A stretch of 54,317 bases of DNA from Clostridia bacterium (GTDB lineage: Bacteria; Bacillota; Clostridia; HGM11514), in contig JAZNAU010000027.1 in assembly GCA_045586685.1 (NCBI GenBank), positions 1 through 54,317 of the forward strand. Direction: 5' to 3'. Positions 1 to 11,817 of the stretch are shown here, one piece after another. A program made the translations under genes and the position numbers. The notes under the pieces were generated by a model. That model ran no database searches. It had not been told where the DNA came from and was given only the letters and a program-made list of their open reading frames with translations. Every line of letters starts with the position of its first letter. Position 1 is the first letter of the stretch.

Positions 1-1693
<1,693 letters not shown>

Positions 1694-1701
1694 GAGAAAC
1701 T

Positions 1702-2082
1702 ATGAGAATAGGAACAAATTCAGAAAGTAACGAGCAAATCAGTTTATTTGAGTGGTGTGAATACAATTTGGGGAAATATCCGGAATTAAAACTACTTTTT
1801 CACGTGCCAAACGGGGGATACCGTTCCACGACAACTGCCGGAAGAATGAAGGCAGAAGGAGTAAAGCCCGGAGTTCCTGACCTTTGCCTTCCTGTTGCAA
1901 GACAAGGTTATCATGGTTTATTTATAGAAATGAAAGCGGGAAGAAACAAGCCCACAGCTTATCAGATGCAATGGTTAGAAAATTTATCCAATCAAGGGTA
2001 TCTGGCGGTTGTTTGTCACGGTTGGGAGGAGGCTACAAAAATTTTGACAGACTATTTAGACGAGGTACCAAGAACATGGTAA
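1702..2082 (+). CDS. VRR-NUC domain nuclease (PD-(D/E)xK fold, phage-type)
   Basis: HVPNGG..R, EGVKPGVPDL, GLFIEMK, Q..WLE.L...GY pattern; GGAG SD upstream; stop overlaps the next gene's ATG. Confidence 0.85.
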   Translation: MRIGTNSESNEQISLFEWCEYNLGKYPELKLLFHVPNGGYRSTTTAGRMKAEGVKPGVPDLCLPVARQGYHGLFIEMKAGRNKPTAYQMQWLENLSNQGYLAVVCHGWEEATKILTDYLDEVPRTW

Positions 2083-3506
2083 AGAAATTCTTTTTTGATT
2101 CTGATTTTTGGAAAGTGACATTACGATTGGCTCTTCCCATTGCCATTCAGAATATGCTCACAAGTTCCTATGTTTTGGTGGATACCTTATTGGTGGGTCA
2201 ATTGGGAGATGTGGCTTTGTCCTCTGTTGGTATGGCGGGACAGCTAAATTGGCTTATGAACATGCTTGTATTTGGTGTTTGCTCGGGCGCATCGGTCTTC
2301 TTTGCCCAATATTGGGGAGTTGGCGACAACAAAGAAATTAGAAAGATTTACGGAATCAGCTTGAGCACTACTGTTTTAATCAGCTTACTATTTTTGTTTG
2401 TCGGACTATTAGGGACAGAACAGGTCATCTGGATTTTCAATCAGGATGCATCTGTAATAGCGTCTGGTTCTACATATTTGAAAATTGCTTGTTTTTCTTA
2501 TCCTGCGGCTGCAATCAATATGCTTTTTTGCACCTTGCTTCGTTCTACGGAGCAAGTAAAACTGCCTATGTATGTATCTATTTTTACCACCTTGATGAAT
2601 GCCGTATTGGACTATGCCTTAATTTTTGGTGCATTGGGGTTACCGGAAATGGGAATTGAAGGAGCAGCATTGGCAACGGTAATTTCTGCATGGAGCGGAC
2701 CAATTTTATTATTACTGGTATCTTTTATTCAGAAAAATATGTTAATTGCTTCTGTTCGGGAATTGTTTAGTTTTTCCCTTTCGGATATTCAAGAATTTTT
2801 CTTAAGAGCAACTCCTGTCATGCTTAATGAAGGATTTTGGGGGATTGGGACATTGCTTTATAATATTATTTTCTCCAACATGGGATATGAGTATTATGCA
2901 GCAGTAACCATTCTCAAAACCTTTGAAAACATTGCATTTGTATTTTTTGTTGGATTATGTAATGCCTGCTCAGTTATGGTGGGAAAATCCATTGGTGCGG
3001 GAAAAATCAGTCGAGGTGTTTCGGATGCAAAACGATTCACTTTAATCATTCCTACTGTTTCGTTTCTTTTAGGAATGGTGATTGTGATATTCAGAAGTCA
3101 ACTTGTAGGTATTTTTAATCTGAATGATAACATTACACAAAAGACAGTAGAATCAGCAACAATGATTTTGGCGTTATACGGATGTCATATCTTTGTGAGA
3201 AACATTCCTTATGTACAAATTGTTGGTATTTTTCGTTCAGGGGGAGATACCTTCAAAGGTGTAAAATATGATCTGATTTGCTTGTGGATGATTGCACTTC
3301 CGGTTACCTTTTTCAGTGCTTATTTCTTGAAATTACCTTTTGTCGTTGTTTATGCACTGATGTATGTTTGTGAGGATTACGCCAAATCCATTCTTTGTCT
3401 GAAACATTTTGCTTCAATGAATTGGATAAAGCCGGTTACCACGGAAGGGATAGAAGGTTTGGCAGCATACGTGAAACAAAAGCGCAGATTTTTTGAAGTT
3501 GAATAA
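2076..3506 (+). CDS. MATE family efflux transporter
   Basis: LALPIAIQN..., DTLLVGQLG, AQYWG, PEMGIEGAALAT; about 12 hydrophobic segments. Start moved to ATG 2076 (GAGG upstream). Confidence 0.92.
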   Translation: MVKKFFFDSDFWKVTLRLALPIAIQNMLTSSYVLVDTLLVGQLGDVALSSVGMAGQLNWLMNMLVFGVCSGASVFFAQYWGVGDNKEIRKIYGISLSTTVLISLLFLFVGLLGTEQVIWIFNQDASVIASGSTYLKIACFSYPAAAINMLFCTLLRSTEQVKLPMYVSIFTTLMNAVLDYALIFGALGLPEMGIEGAALATVISAWSGPILLLLVSFIQKNMLIASVRELFSFSLSDIQEFFLRATPVMLNEGFWGIGTLLYNIIFSNMGYEYYAAVTILKTFENIAFVFFVGLCNACSVMVGKSIGAGKISRGVSDAKRFTLIIPTVSFLLGMVIVIFRSQLVGIFNLNDNITQKTVESATMILALYGCHIFVRNIPYVQIVGIFRSGGDTFKGVKYDLICLWMIALPVTFFSAYFLKLPFVVVYALMYVCEDYAKSILCLKHFASMNWIKPVTTEGIEGLAAYVKQKRRFFEVE

Positions 3507-3511
3507 GGGAA

Positions 3512-3541
3512 GAATAATTTGAACTTGTGGGACGGATACTA
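3512..3541 (+). promoter_or_regulatory. putative sigG-type forespore promoter of tepA
   Basis: GAATA-N18-GATACTA versus GnATA-N17/18-CATACTA; tepA is sigG-controlled in B. subtilis. Confidence 0.5.
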
Positions 3542-3563
3542 TCCTTGGAAAGGATGGGATTCG

Positions 3564-4181
3564 GTGGAACAGGAAAAACAACCAGAAATTAAATATTTGA
3601 ATGTGATTGGACAAATCGAAGGCCATATGGTTCTTCCGTCACAGCATAAAACAACAAAATATGAGCAAGTAATTCCTTATTTAATTGATTTGGAGCAAGA
3701 TGAAACCTGTCGTGGTTTGCTTGTCATTTTAAACACATCCGGAGGAGATGTGGAAGCTGGTCTTGCCATTGCAGAAATGATTGCCAGTATGAAAAAACCC
3801 GTTGTTTCATTGGTGTTGGGAGGGGGGCACAGTATTGGTGTGCCTATGGCGGTATCCGCTGATTGTTCCTTTATTGCACCTTCTGCTACCATGGCGGTGC
3901 ATCCTATCAGAATGAGCGGAGTGGTAATCGGTGTGACTCAGACCTTTGAATATTTTGATAAAATGCAGGAACGGGTGGTGTCCTTTGTATGCCGTAATTC
4001 CAAAATCAAAGAGCAAACATTTCGTTCTTTAATGCTGGAAACAGGTGAAATTGCAAATGATGTTGGGACGGTATTGTTTGGCTCTGATGCGGTGAAGTAT
4101 GGGTTGATTGACAGGGTGGGAGGCATTAGTGACGCTTTAGATGAATTAAAAAAGCGAATAAAGGAAATGAAACATTTATGA
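3564..4181 (+). CDS. tepA: ClpP-family protease TepA (translocation-enhancing protein)
   Basis: IGQIEGH...[39 protein letters not shown]. Probable start GTG 3564 after AAGGA. Confidence 0.9.
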   Translation: MEQEKQPEIKYLNVIGQIEGHMVLPSQHKTTKYEQVIPYLIDLEQDETCRGLLVILNTSGGDVEAGLAIAEMIASMKKPVVSLVLGGGHSIGVPMAVSADCSFIAPSATMAVHPIRMSGVVIGVTQTFEYFDKMQERVVSFVCRNSKIKEQTFRSLMLETGEIANDVGTVLFGSDAVKYGLIDRVGGISDALDELKKRIKEMKHL

Positions 4182-4220
4182 GTTTGTACCAAACGAGGGA
4201 AGTAGGTACATAAATAGAAG

Positions 4221-4254
4221 AAAATCCAAGTCTGTAAATTGACTTGGATTTTTT
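4221..4254 (+). terminator. intrinsic terminator, likely bidirectional
   Basis: AAAATCCAAGTC-tgtaaatt-GACTTGGATTTT inverted repeat followed by more T residues. Confidence 0.85.
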
Positions 4255-4275
4255 GTGCAAAATTTTGAAATATAA

Positions 4276-4304
4276 TTGAAATTTACAATAAAACGTGTTA
4301 TAAT
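4276..4304 (+). promoter_or_regulatory. sigA promoter for murJ operon
   Basis: TTGAAA-N17-TATAAT with extended TG. Confidence 0.7.
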
Positions 4305-4348
4305 AAAAAAGAAATAAAATTTCAATCTTTTAAAAGGAACCTATTTTT

Positions 4349-5908
4349 ATGGAACAAGCTAATAAAGTACTGAAAACAGCCGGGTTTATGGTTGTTGCAA
4401 CACTAGCGGCAAAGGCTTGCGGAATGCTGAGAGATGTATTGATTGCATCGGTTTATTCTACAGGCTCTGAAGCAGTTGCATTTTATACCGCCTGTCGGAT
4501 TCCGTTATTATTATTTGATTTTGTCATCGGAGGAGTGATTTCTTCTACCTTTATTCCGGTGTTTAATGAATATTTGGAAAAAAGAGGAAAAGAAAAGGCA
4601 ATGAAATTTGCCAATCTTTATATCAATACCGTTTTTTTGATTACCATGATTATTACCGCACTTGGTCTGCTTTTTTCACCCCAGTTAATCCGAGCCATTG
4701 CACCGGATATTCCCATGGAAACTCACGAATTATCCCGAGTGCTTTCTAATATTATGTTCCCTATGATTATATTTACAGGGCTTGCCTATTCTTTTGTGGG
4801 GATTTTGCAGTCTTTCGGAGAATTTAATATTCCTTCTATTATCAGCCTTGTCTCCAATGGCTCATTGATTTTGTATTTTGTATTATTTCAGAACAAGTTT
4901 GGCATTTACGGACTTGCAGTTGCTATGTTAGTCGGTTGGGGATTGCAAGCACTGATTCAAGTGCCTTGGCTGAAAAAATTTGGATACCGTTATCAACCGT
5001 GTTTTTCTTTAAAAGATGAAGGAATTCGTAAAGCGGGTAAGCTTGCATTACCTATGCTTGTCAGTACGTGGGTTCAGCCTTTATGTACAGTAATCAATAT
5101 GCGTTTGGCTTCCGGTGTCAATGAAGGTGCAGGCATTGCAGCACTGGAATATGCAAATAAAATCTATGTTATCATGACGGGGCTGTTTTCTTTTGTGGTT
5201 ACGAATTTAATTTTTCCGTACTTATCCCGTGCCAGTGCCTCTGATAATCAGAAAGAAGTAAACGGTTTGATGGTAACAGCATTAAAATCTATTACGTTTA
5301 TTATATTGCCAATCATGACAGGTTTTATGCTTCTTTCAAGGCCAATCACCAGTATGATTTATGAAAGAGGTGCCTTTGGAACACAAGATGTTTCCATGAC
5401 GGCAACAGCGTTAATGTATTATTCGGTAGGGATGCTTGCTTTAGCATTTTGCGAATTGCTGAACAAATCCTTTTTTGCCATGCACGATTCAAAAACACCT
5501 ATGAAAACCTCTATCATCGGCATGGTTTGTAATATTGGATTCAGTATCCTATTATCCCGTATTATGGGTTTTGGCGGGCTTGCATTGGCAACCGCTCTTT
5601 CGTCGGTCATCAATGCCATTGCATTGTTTATTTGTATGAAACGAAAACAAAAACAGATTTTCAGTTTTGCAGATTTTTTAAATTTTGGGAAAATACTGAT
5701 TGCTGATCTGATTATGGCGGCAGTTGTTTGGACGATATACCGATTTGGGAAAGGAATCCCCTTTGCACAACTGACCATTCCTGTATTATGCGGGGGTGTT
5801 GGTGTAGTTGTCTATCTCCTTGTTTGTACCTTCCTTCGGGTGAAGGAATTGGAGATTGTTGTTAATGCGTTTGTGAAAAAGAAAGGAGGGCGGCATGAAT
5901 CAGAATAG
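4349..5908 (+). CDS. murJ: MurJ/MviN-family lipid-linked glycan flippase
   Basis: G.LRD...A..Y, TFIPVF, YERGAF, FFA.HD.KTP, GLALAT; about 14 TM segments. Confidence 0.9.
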   Translation: MEQANKVLKTAGFMVVATLAAKACGMLRDVLIASVYSTGSEAVAFYTACRIPLLLFDFVIGGVISSTFIPVFNEYLEKRGKEKAMKFANLYINTVFLITMIITALGLLFSPQLIRAIAPDIPMETHELSRVLSNIMFPMIIFTGLAYSFVGILQSFGEFNIPSIISLVSNGSLILYFVLFQNKFGIYGLAVAMLVGWGLQALIQVPWLKKFGYRYQPCFSLKDEGIRKAGKLALPMLVSTWVQPLCTVINMRLASGVNEGAGIAALEYANKIYVIMTGLFSFVVTNLIFPYLSRASASDNQKEVNGLMVTALKSITFIILPIMTGFMLLSRPITSMIYERGAFGTQDVSMTATALMYYSVGMLALAFCELLNKSFFAMHDSKTPMKTSIIGMVCNIGFSILLSRIMGFGGLALATALSSVINAIALFICMKRKQKQIFSFADFLNFGKILIADLIMAAVVWTIYRFGKGIPFAQLTIPVLCGGVGVVVYLLVCTFLRVKELEIVVNAFVKKKGGRHESE

Positions 5909-7754
5909 TGTTTTTATTGGTTGGATAAAGCTAATGATTAAAAAGCTTTACGGAGTTTATGAAAAAAGCATTACCCATAAAATATTGAATAGAATTTACC
6001 TGTTTTTTTCCAATGCATGGGCATCCAGCATTATCATAGAAATGTTAGGGAAATCTTGCGGAAAAGGGAAGGGACTTTTTTGGCATGTTTTTGCATGGCT
6101 TTTTTCCTTGCCACAGACAATCGGAAGGGTTCTTCGTATTGAAAAGTTGGTACGGGGAAGCAGAATCGCCTGCGGTGCTTATAGATTTTTAACAGGTGTA
6201 TTATCACTTAATACCCGTATGCTTGCCGTCTTGTTATTCGGCTTCTGTATAGGTGGTTCTGTCAGCGGACTGGTCATTCACAAGGAGTTTTCTTTATGGT
6301 TATTGCTTCCTCTTTTAGCAGGGGTGTTACTTCGTTTTTTTGATTATGATATCATTGAGCATGTAAAAAAATCCAAGATTATTTCTTTTGTACTGGATAG
6401 CTTTGCTTTGGAATTTTCTTTTCAAGCACCTAAAACCTCAGCCGGATTGTTGTGCGGTGCTCTTGTTGGTTTTTTGGGAGGACTACTTAGCGGAATTCAT
6501 ATTTTGCTTGGTATCGCAGTCATCTTTGTAATATGCGGATGTTTGGCAGTGGTCTACCGTCCGTTTTTAGGCACAGTGCTATGTATCATGTTAGCACCCT
6601 TTGTTCCTACTATGGTTTTAGTGGCATTGGTTGTGTTTACTGCCTTTTCGTTGGTACTGTACAGTATGACTCATGCTGATTTTAAGTGGCGTTTGGATTG
6701 GACAGGGGTTGCAATTCTCGCATTTTTGCTGATTACATGGCTTAGTGTTCTGAGTTCTTATCATAGGCTGAACAGCACCATGGTAGGCGCTATTACCTCC
6801 TTATTTGTATTATTTTATTTTTGTGTCATCAATACGGCTACAACAAAAAACAAAACTACATTGTTATTAAAATTGTTTGTCATTTCCGGGTGTATTGTAG
6901 CCATATACGGAATTTTACAGTATGTAATGGGTTGGGGTACCAATGTGGTAAATGCTTGGTTGGATGAAGAAATGTTTGAGGATACCAAGTTCCGGGTGTA
7001 TTCCACCTTAGAAAATCCCAATGTGTTGGGAGAATACTTGTTATTGATTGGTTTTATATGCGGCGGGTTCATTTGCAGCGTAAAGAAGGAATGGCAAAAG
7101 ATTGTTTATACGTGCATTCTGGCGGTCGTGATGGTTTGTCTTATTTTGACACAGTCGAGAGGTTGTTGGCTTGGCTTTATGGTTGGGTTTGCTATGTTTA
7201 TTACCTTTACCAATGGTCGGCTATGGGGATTTTTGCCACTATGCCTTGCGGTATTGCCCTTTGTCCTTCCTCAAAGCATTATCAACCGTTTTTTAAGCAT
7301 TGGGAATCTTGAGGATTCCTCCTCGTCATACCGTGTGTTTATATGGCTTGGAACATTGCAAATGCTGAAGGATTTCTGGATAAGCGGTGTTGGAATGGGA
7401 GAACAAGCATATAACAGCGTATATCCCTTTTATTCTTATAATGCCATTGTAGCGCCTCATTCGCATAATCTTTATTTACAGCTTTTGGTCCATTCTGGGA
7501 TATCAGCTTTGATTATGTTTATCGGAATTGTATGGATCACCGCTCGCTTACTTGTAATGAATTACCGAACAAACGGGAAACGCTCTGAAATGGGATTTCT
7601 TTCTGCCGCCATCGGATGCGGAATTGCAGCATTTTTATTTCAAGGAATTTTTGACTATGTATTCTACAATTATCGGGTTATGATGATTTTCTGGGCTGTC
7701 ATTGGAATGGCGGTTTCCTTATATCATACAGGAAAGGAGAATTCTTGTGATTAA
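5895..7754 (+). CDS. O-antigen ligase/Wzy_C family membrane protein (IctB-like)
   Basis: RVYSTLENPNVLGEYL, TQSRGCW, S..YR..IW, GVGMG, HSHNLYLQ motifs. Confidence 0.85.
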   Translation: MNQNSVFIGWIKLMIKKLYGVYEKSITHKILNRIYLFFSNAWASSIIIEMLGKSCGKGKGLFWHVFAWLFSLPQTIGRVLRIEKLVRGSRIACGAYRFLTGVLSLNTRMLAVLLFGFCIGGSVSGLVIHKEFSLWLLLPLLAGVLLRFFDYDIIEHVKKSKIISFVLDSFALEFSFQAPKTSAGLLCGALVGFLGGLLSGIHILLGIAVIFVICGCLAVVYRPFLGTVLCIMLAPFVPTMVLVALVVFTAFSLVLYSMTHADFKWRLDWTGVAILAFLLITWLSVLSSYHRLNSTMVGAITSLFVLFYFCVINTATTKNKTTLLLKLFVISGCIVAIYGILQYVMGWGTNVVNAWLDEEMFEDTKFRVYSTLENPNVLGEYLLLIGFICGGFICSVKKEWQKIVYTCILAVVMVCLILTQSRGCWLGFMVGFAMFITFTNGRLWGFLPLCLAVLPFVLPQSIINRFLSIGNLEDSSSSYRVFIWLGTLQMLKDFWISGVGMGEQAYNSVYPFYSYNAIVAPHSHNLYLQLLVHSGISALIMFIGIVWITARLLVMNYRTNGKRSEMGFLSAAIGCGIAAFLFQGIFDYVFYNYRVMMIFWAVIGMAVSLYHTGKENSCD

Positions 7755-8862
7755 AGTATTTCAAGTATCCAGCGATACCAATATTGGCGGTGCAGGAAAA
7801 TGTATTCTTACGTTTTTAGAGCATTATGACCGAGAAACATTTGATATGACAGTGATTCTCCCTCGAAATAGCTTGCTTCGTGAGCCTGTAGAAAAATTAG
7901 GCGTTCGTGTCATTGAAGCAGATGGTATCAACGAGCGTTCTTTGGGACGGGAAGGAATTGCATCTTTAAAAAAGATTTTTAAAACTGAAAAACCTCAGAT
8001 TGTTCATACCCATGCCAGTATGTCTGCCCGTGTTGCAGCCAAACTGTGCGGAGGATGCAAAATTGTATATACCCGTCACAGTGTATTTGAACCCTCTCCA
8101 AAAATTTCAAAAGGATTGGGAAAAATGATTAACGGCGCGGTGAATTCCTTTGTGGCTGACCGAATTATTGCTGTGGCTGAAGCTGCAAAGAAGAATCTAA
8201 CAGATTGCGGTGTGCCAAGTAAAAAAATTCAAGTGATTTTAAATGGAATTAAGCCGGTTTTACCCATTGATGACAGTGAAAAGGAATTAGTTCGTCAGCA
8301 ATATGGCATTCAACCGAACCAAAAAGTAATCTCTATTTTAGCAAGATTAAATCCTGTGAAGGGACATAGTGATTTAATTGATGCTATGGAGATAGTAATA
8401 AAAAAAGGGTTTTCTCCTATGCTCCTGATTGCAGGGGTAGGAGAATGTGAGGATGCTCTCAAAAAACAAATTAAAGAAAAAGGCTTAGAGGGCAATATTA
8501 AGTTGACCGGCTTTGTGGAAAATGTTCGTGGGATTGTGAATATTACAGATATTTCAGCAAATGCCTCTTTTGGTACGGAGGCAACCAGCATGGCATTGTT
8601 GGAAGGAATGTGTTTAGGAAAACCTGCAGTTGTCAGTGATTTCGGCGGAAATCCGGGTGTGATTTTCAATGAGCAAAACGGTTTGCTGTTTCCAACAAGG
8701 AATGTTCAAGCTATGGCGGATTGCTTTATTCGATTATTATCTGACAACGAAATGTATGAAGCCATGAGCCAAAATGCAAAAAAAATATTTGCAGAAACAT
8801 TTACAGCAGAACGATACAGTGAAGAAATACAACAGGTTTATCTGGATTTGATAGGAGGATAA
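7747..8862 (+). CDS. GT4 family glycosyltransferase
   Basis: NIGGAG, IVHTH, ARL..VKG, E.......E.M..GKP. Start GTG 7747 after AAGGAG. Confidence 0.9.
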   Translation: MIKVFQVSSDTNIGGAGKCILTFLEHYDRETFDMTVILPRNSLLREPVEKLGVRVIEADGINERSLGREGIASLKKIFKTEKPQIVHTHASMSARVAAKLCGGCKIVYTRHSVFEPSPKISKGLGKMINGAVNSFVADRIIAVAEAAKKNLTDCGVPSKKIQVILNGIKPVLPIDDSEKELVRQQYGIQPNQKVISILARLNPVKGHSDLIDAMEIVIKKGFSPMLLIAGVGECEDALKKQIKEKGLEGNIKLTGFVENVRGIVNITDISANASFGTEATSMALLEGMCLGKPAVVSDFGGNPGVIFNEQNGLLFPTRNVQAMADCFIRLLSDNEMYEAMSQNAKKIFAETFTAERYSEEIQQVYLDLIGG

Positions 8863-8864
8863 GG

Positions 8865-9341
8865 ATGAAAAAATTTAACTTTTTAGATGGTTTAATTGTG
8901 TTGGCAATCATTGTAGTTGCTTTTGCGGGAGTAAAAATACTTCGAGGTGCATCCGGTGCAGAACAGATCTCCCAAGCAGAAAAGGTGATTTATACAGTAG
9001 AACAAGCTGACGCTACCTTGGAACAAGTTGAAGCGGTGAAGATAGGAGATCGTGTGAATATCGGAGTAAACGGGGTTGACAGCAGTGTGGTTTTAGATGT
9101 TCAGTCTTCTCCTGCTGAAAAAGTGGAATTTGATGCTTTGACAGGGATATATAAAAAGGTTTCCATTCCTGAAAAGTATGCACTTCAAGTCACCTGTGAA
9201 GCAGATGCAACTGTGACGGACATGTCTATTTCTGCCGGAAACACCCCTGTAAGAGTCGGTGCAGAATTTGCTCTGAAAGGAAGAGGCTATGCAGTAATCG
9301 GTTACGTAATTAAAAGTGAATTATCGGAGGTGGCAAAATGA
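8865..9341 (+). CDS. DUF4330-like N-terminally anchored beta-rich protein
   Basis: KFN.LD..I.L N-terminal TM anchor followed by an extracytoplasmic beta-strand-like domain. Confidence 0.65.
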   Translation: MKKFNFLDGLIVLAIIVVAFAGVKILRGASGAEQISQAEKVIYTVEQADATLEQVEAVKIGDRVNIGVNGVDSSVVLDVQSSPAEKVEFDALTGIYKKVSIPEKYALQVTCEADATVTDMSISAGNTPVRVGAEFALKGRGYAVIGYVIKSELSEVAK

Positions 9342-9793
9342 AAAAAATAAATGTTGCTGATGGACTCATCATACTATTTATTCTGATTTGTATTGTTGGA
9401 ATTGCCATCCGTTTTTCCGGAACAAACGATTTGTCTGCTACTAAAATTGAATATCAGATTGAATTAAAAGGTGTTCGGAACTATTCTGTGGCATCTTTGG
9501 AGAAAAAAGGGGATGTGTTTGACCCAAAATTAAAAAAATCAATGGGAACCATTGTTGATATGGCAGTCACAGGGGCAATGGGAGAAGAGACAATGGCAGA
9601 CGGAACCAATGTCATTTCGCCTATCCCGGAACGCTATGATGTTGTTTTGACTATTCAGACAGACGGTTCTGTGGGAGAATCCTCCTATTATTCCTCAGCA
9701 AGTAACGAGCTTTGTATTGGAAAAACGTATGAATTATATACCAAGTGGAGCTCCTGTTATGGAACGATTCGTAAAGTGATGGTATTGGAATAG
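9338..9793 (+). CDS. DUF4330-like protein (second paralog)
   Basis: KIN..D.LI.L anchor, GVR, P.RYDV.LT; ATGA overlap with the previous gene. Confidence 0.65.
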   Translation: MKKINVADGLIILFILICIVGIAIRFSGTNDLSATKIEYQIELKGVRNYSVASLEKKGDVFDPKLKKSMGTIVDMAVTGAMGEETMADGTNVISPIPERYDVVLTIQTDGSVGESSYYSSASNELCIGKTYELYTKWSSCYGTIRKVMVLE

Positions 9794-9804
9794 GGGGAAG
9801 AGAT

Positions 9805-10284
9805 ATGGATTTTTATGAACAGATTATAAAACAAAAAAAGAACAGTAAGGATTATTTGATTATTGCACTTACGGTAATTATCGGATTCATTTTTATTGTA
9901 TTTGCCTGTTCGATTATTTCCTTCTTTTTACCCCTCTGGATTTTCATTTCATGTTGGTTTGGATATTTTATTATTTCCGGACGATCCTTGGAGTTTGAGT
10001 ATTCTATTACCAATCATGTAATTGATATCTACAGAATTGCAGCAAAAAAACGAAGAAGAAAAATGATTATTATTGATTTAAAGGAAATTCAAGGGTTTGG
10101 TGTGCTGGGTGATGAGGGATACGGTCATGCGGTGCGAAAAGGGTTGCAGGTGCTTGATTTTTCTTCCCGCACTCCAAACAATGCTAAAAAATACTGCATT
10201 GTTCCCCGTCCGAAGGGTACCTATGTAGTGGTGTTTGAGCCCAATGAAACAATGCTTGAATGTATGGAACAATATATTAGATAA
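9805..10284 (+). CDS. DUF6106-like membrane protein
   Basis: Two N-terminal TMs, LEFEYS.T....DI..I....RRK, C-terminal FEPNE.M. Confidence 0.7.
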   Translation: MDFYEQIIKQKKNSKDYLIIALTVIIGFIFIVFACSIISFFLPLWIFISCWFGYFIISGRSLEFEYSITNHVIDIYRIAAKKRRRKMIIIDLKEIQGFGVLGDEGYGHAVRKGLQVLDFSSRTPNNAKKYCIVPRPKGTYVVVFEPNETMLECMEQYIR

Positions 10285-10299
10285 AAAGGGGGGCGGTGC

Positions 10300-11817
10300 A
10301 TGAACGTCATAAATTGTAACCGTATAAAGCAAAAAGACACGATGGCAATGCTGGGTTACCATATACCGGGTGTATTGCTTATGGAGCATGCAGCATTAAA
10401 AGTGCTTGAAGAAATGAAACATCGTGGTTTATTATCAAAAAATATTCTTGTGATATGCGGAACCGGTAACAATGGGGGAGACGGATATGCCCTTGCAAGA
10501 TTGTTGCACCGAAAAGGAGCAAAGGTGACAGTCTTTAATTTATTTGATATACCTCCAAAAACAGCAGATGCATATGTTTTCTATCAAATGGTTCAAAAAT
10601 TAGATATTCCCTTTGGAACGTCAGCAGATGTGGAGTCTGCGGATGTAATTGTTGATGCAATCTTTGGAATCGGCATGAAACGTGAATTGAATGATTTTTG
10701 TTGTCAAATTATAAATAAGATCAATCGTTCAAAAGCAGTTAAGGTATGTATTGATTTACCAAGCGGTATGGACGGAGATGAAACTTATCAGAAAAATCCT
10801 ATCGTTGCCGCTGATGTTACCATAACCTTCACCGCATATAAACCAGGTCTTATCTTTTATCCTTCTGCATATTCAGCGGGCGAAGTGGTTCTTGCGGATA
10901 TCGGAATCCCTGAAGAAATGGGAGATGACAGAACTTGCGTGATTGAAAAGAAATGGGTGAAATCTCATCTTCCAAAAAGAGATGCTGCAGGATATAAAAA
11001 TTCTTTTGGGTCTTTATTGGTAGCCGGCGGAAGTACAGGAATGACAGGAGCACCTGTTTTATGTTCTCAAGCAGCCCTGGTAAGCGGTTGTGGGATTGTG
11101 ACAGCTGCCGTACCCAAATCACTTCATGAAATTATGGAACAAAAGCTTACTGAAGTCATGACCGTTCCTTTGGAGGACAGACACACAGGTTGTTTTGATC
11201 AGGAAGGAAGAACCGCCTTTTTAGAACGGATAAAAGCAGCGGATGCAGTTGTATTTGGTCCGGGGGCCGGAATAGGTAGCGGAACAGAGTCCTTGCTTCA
11301 CGGCTTGCTTCAAACCGACAAAAAGGTTGTCATTGATGCTGATGGATTAAATGTATTGGCAAAACACATGGATTGGCTTGCAGACAAAAGAAATGAAGCG
11401 TGTATTTTAACGCCTCATCCCGGTGAAATGAGCAGACTTTCCGGCGTAACTGTTGCAGAAATTGAGGAAAACAGAATTGAATTTTCCCGCAATTTTTCTC
11501 AGAAATATGGTGTTACTTTGGTATTAAAAGGAGCCAGAACCGTTGTTGCAACACCCAAGGGGCGTGTTTTTGTGAATTTATTTGGTAATTGCGGTATGGC
11601 AACAGCGGGTTCCGGTGATGTTTTGGCAGGAATAACAGGGTCGTTGCTTGCTCAAGGAGTCAATGAAACAGAGGCGGCTGTTTGTGCCGTTTCCCTTCAT
11701 GCGTTGTCAGGAGATTCCTTAAAAGAAAAAATTGGAGAACATGGAATGACAGCAGGAGATTTATGGAAACAGCTTCCTTTCACAATAAAAGAAATTTTAG
11801 AGGTGGAATCATGTTGA
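10300..11817 (+). CDS. nnr: bifunctional NAD(P)HX epimerase/dehydratase (YjeF N+C)
   Basis: LMEHAA, GNNGGDG, D.PSG, GPG.G, VIDADGL, LTPHPGE, MATAGSGDVLAG. Confidence 0.93.
   Translation: MNVINCNRIKQKDTMAMLGYHIPGVLLMEHAALKVLEEMKHRGLLSKNILVICGTGNNGGDGYALARLLHRKGAKVTVFNLFDIPPKTADAYVFYQMVQKLDIPFGTSADVESADVIVDAIFGIGMKRELNDFCCQIINKINRSKAVKVCIDLPSGMDGDETYQKNPIVAADVTITFTAYKPGLIFYPSAYSAGEVVLADIGIPEEMGDDRTCVIEKKWVKSHLPKRDAAGYKNSFGSLLVAGGSTGMTGAPVLCSQAALVSGCGIVTAAVPKSLHEIMEQKLTEVMTVPLEDRHTGCFDQEGRTAFLERIKAADAVVFGPGAGIGSGTESLLHGLLQTDKKVVIDADGLNVLAKHMDWLADKRNEACILTPHPGEMSRLSGVTVAEIEENRIEFSRNFSQKYGVTLVLKGARTVVATPKGRVFVNLFGNCGMATAGSGDVLAGITGSLLAQGVNETEAAVCAVSLHALSGDSLKEKIGEHGMTAGDLWKQLPFTIKEILEVESC

Noticed and set aside
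1884-2075. Long N-terminal extensions in the ORF track (MATE 1884; also alr 11682, ptsG 18970, aspS 26430, rlmB 41949, pgm 50441)
   Set aside because: They overlap upstream genes or promoter elements; downstream starts have proper SD sequences.
1702-2082. Prophage remnant at ligA
   Set aside because: Only one phage-like gene; no integrase, structural genes or att repeats seen.
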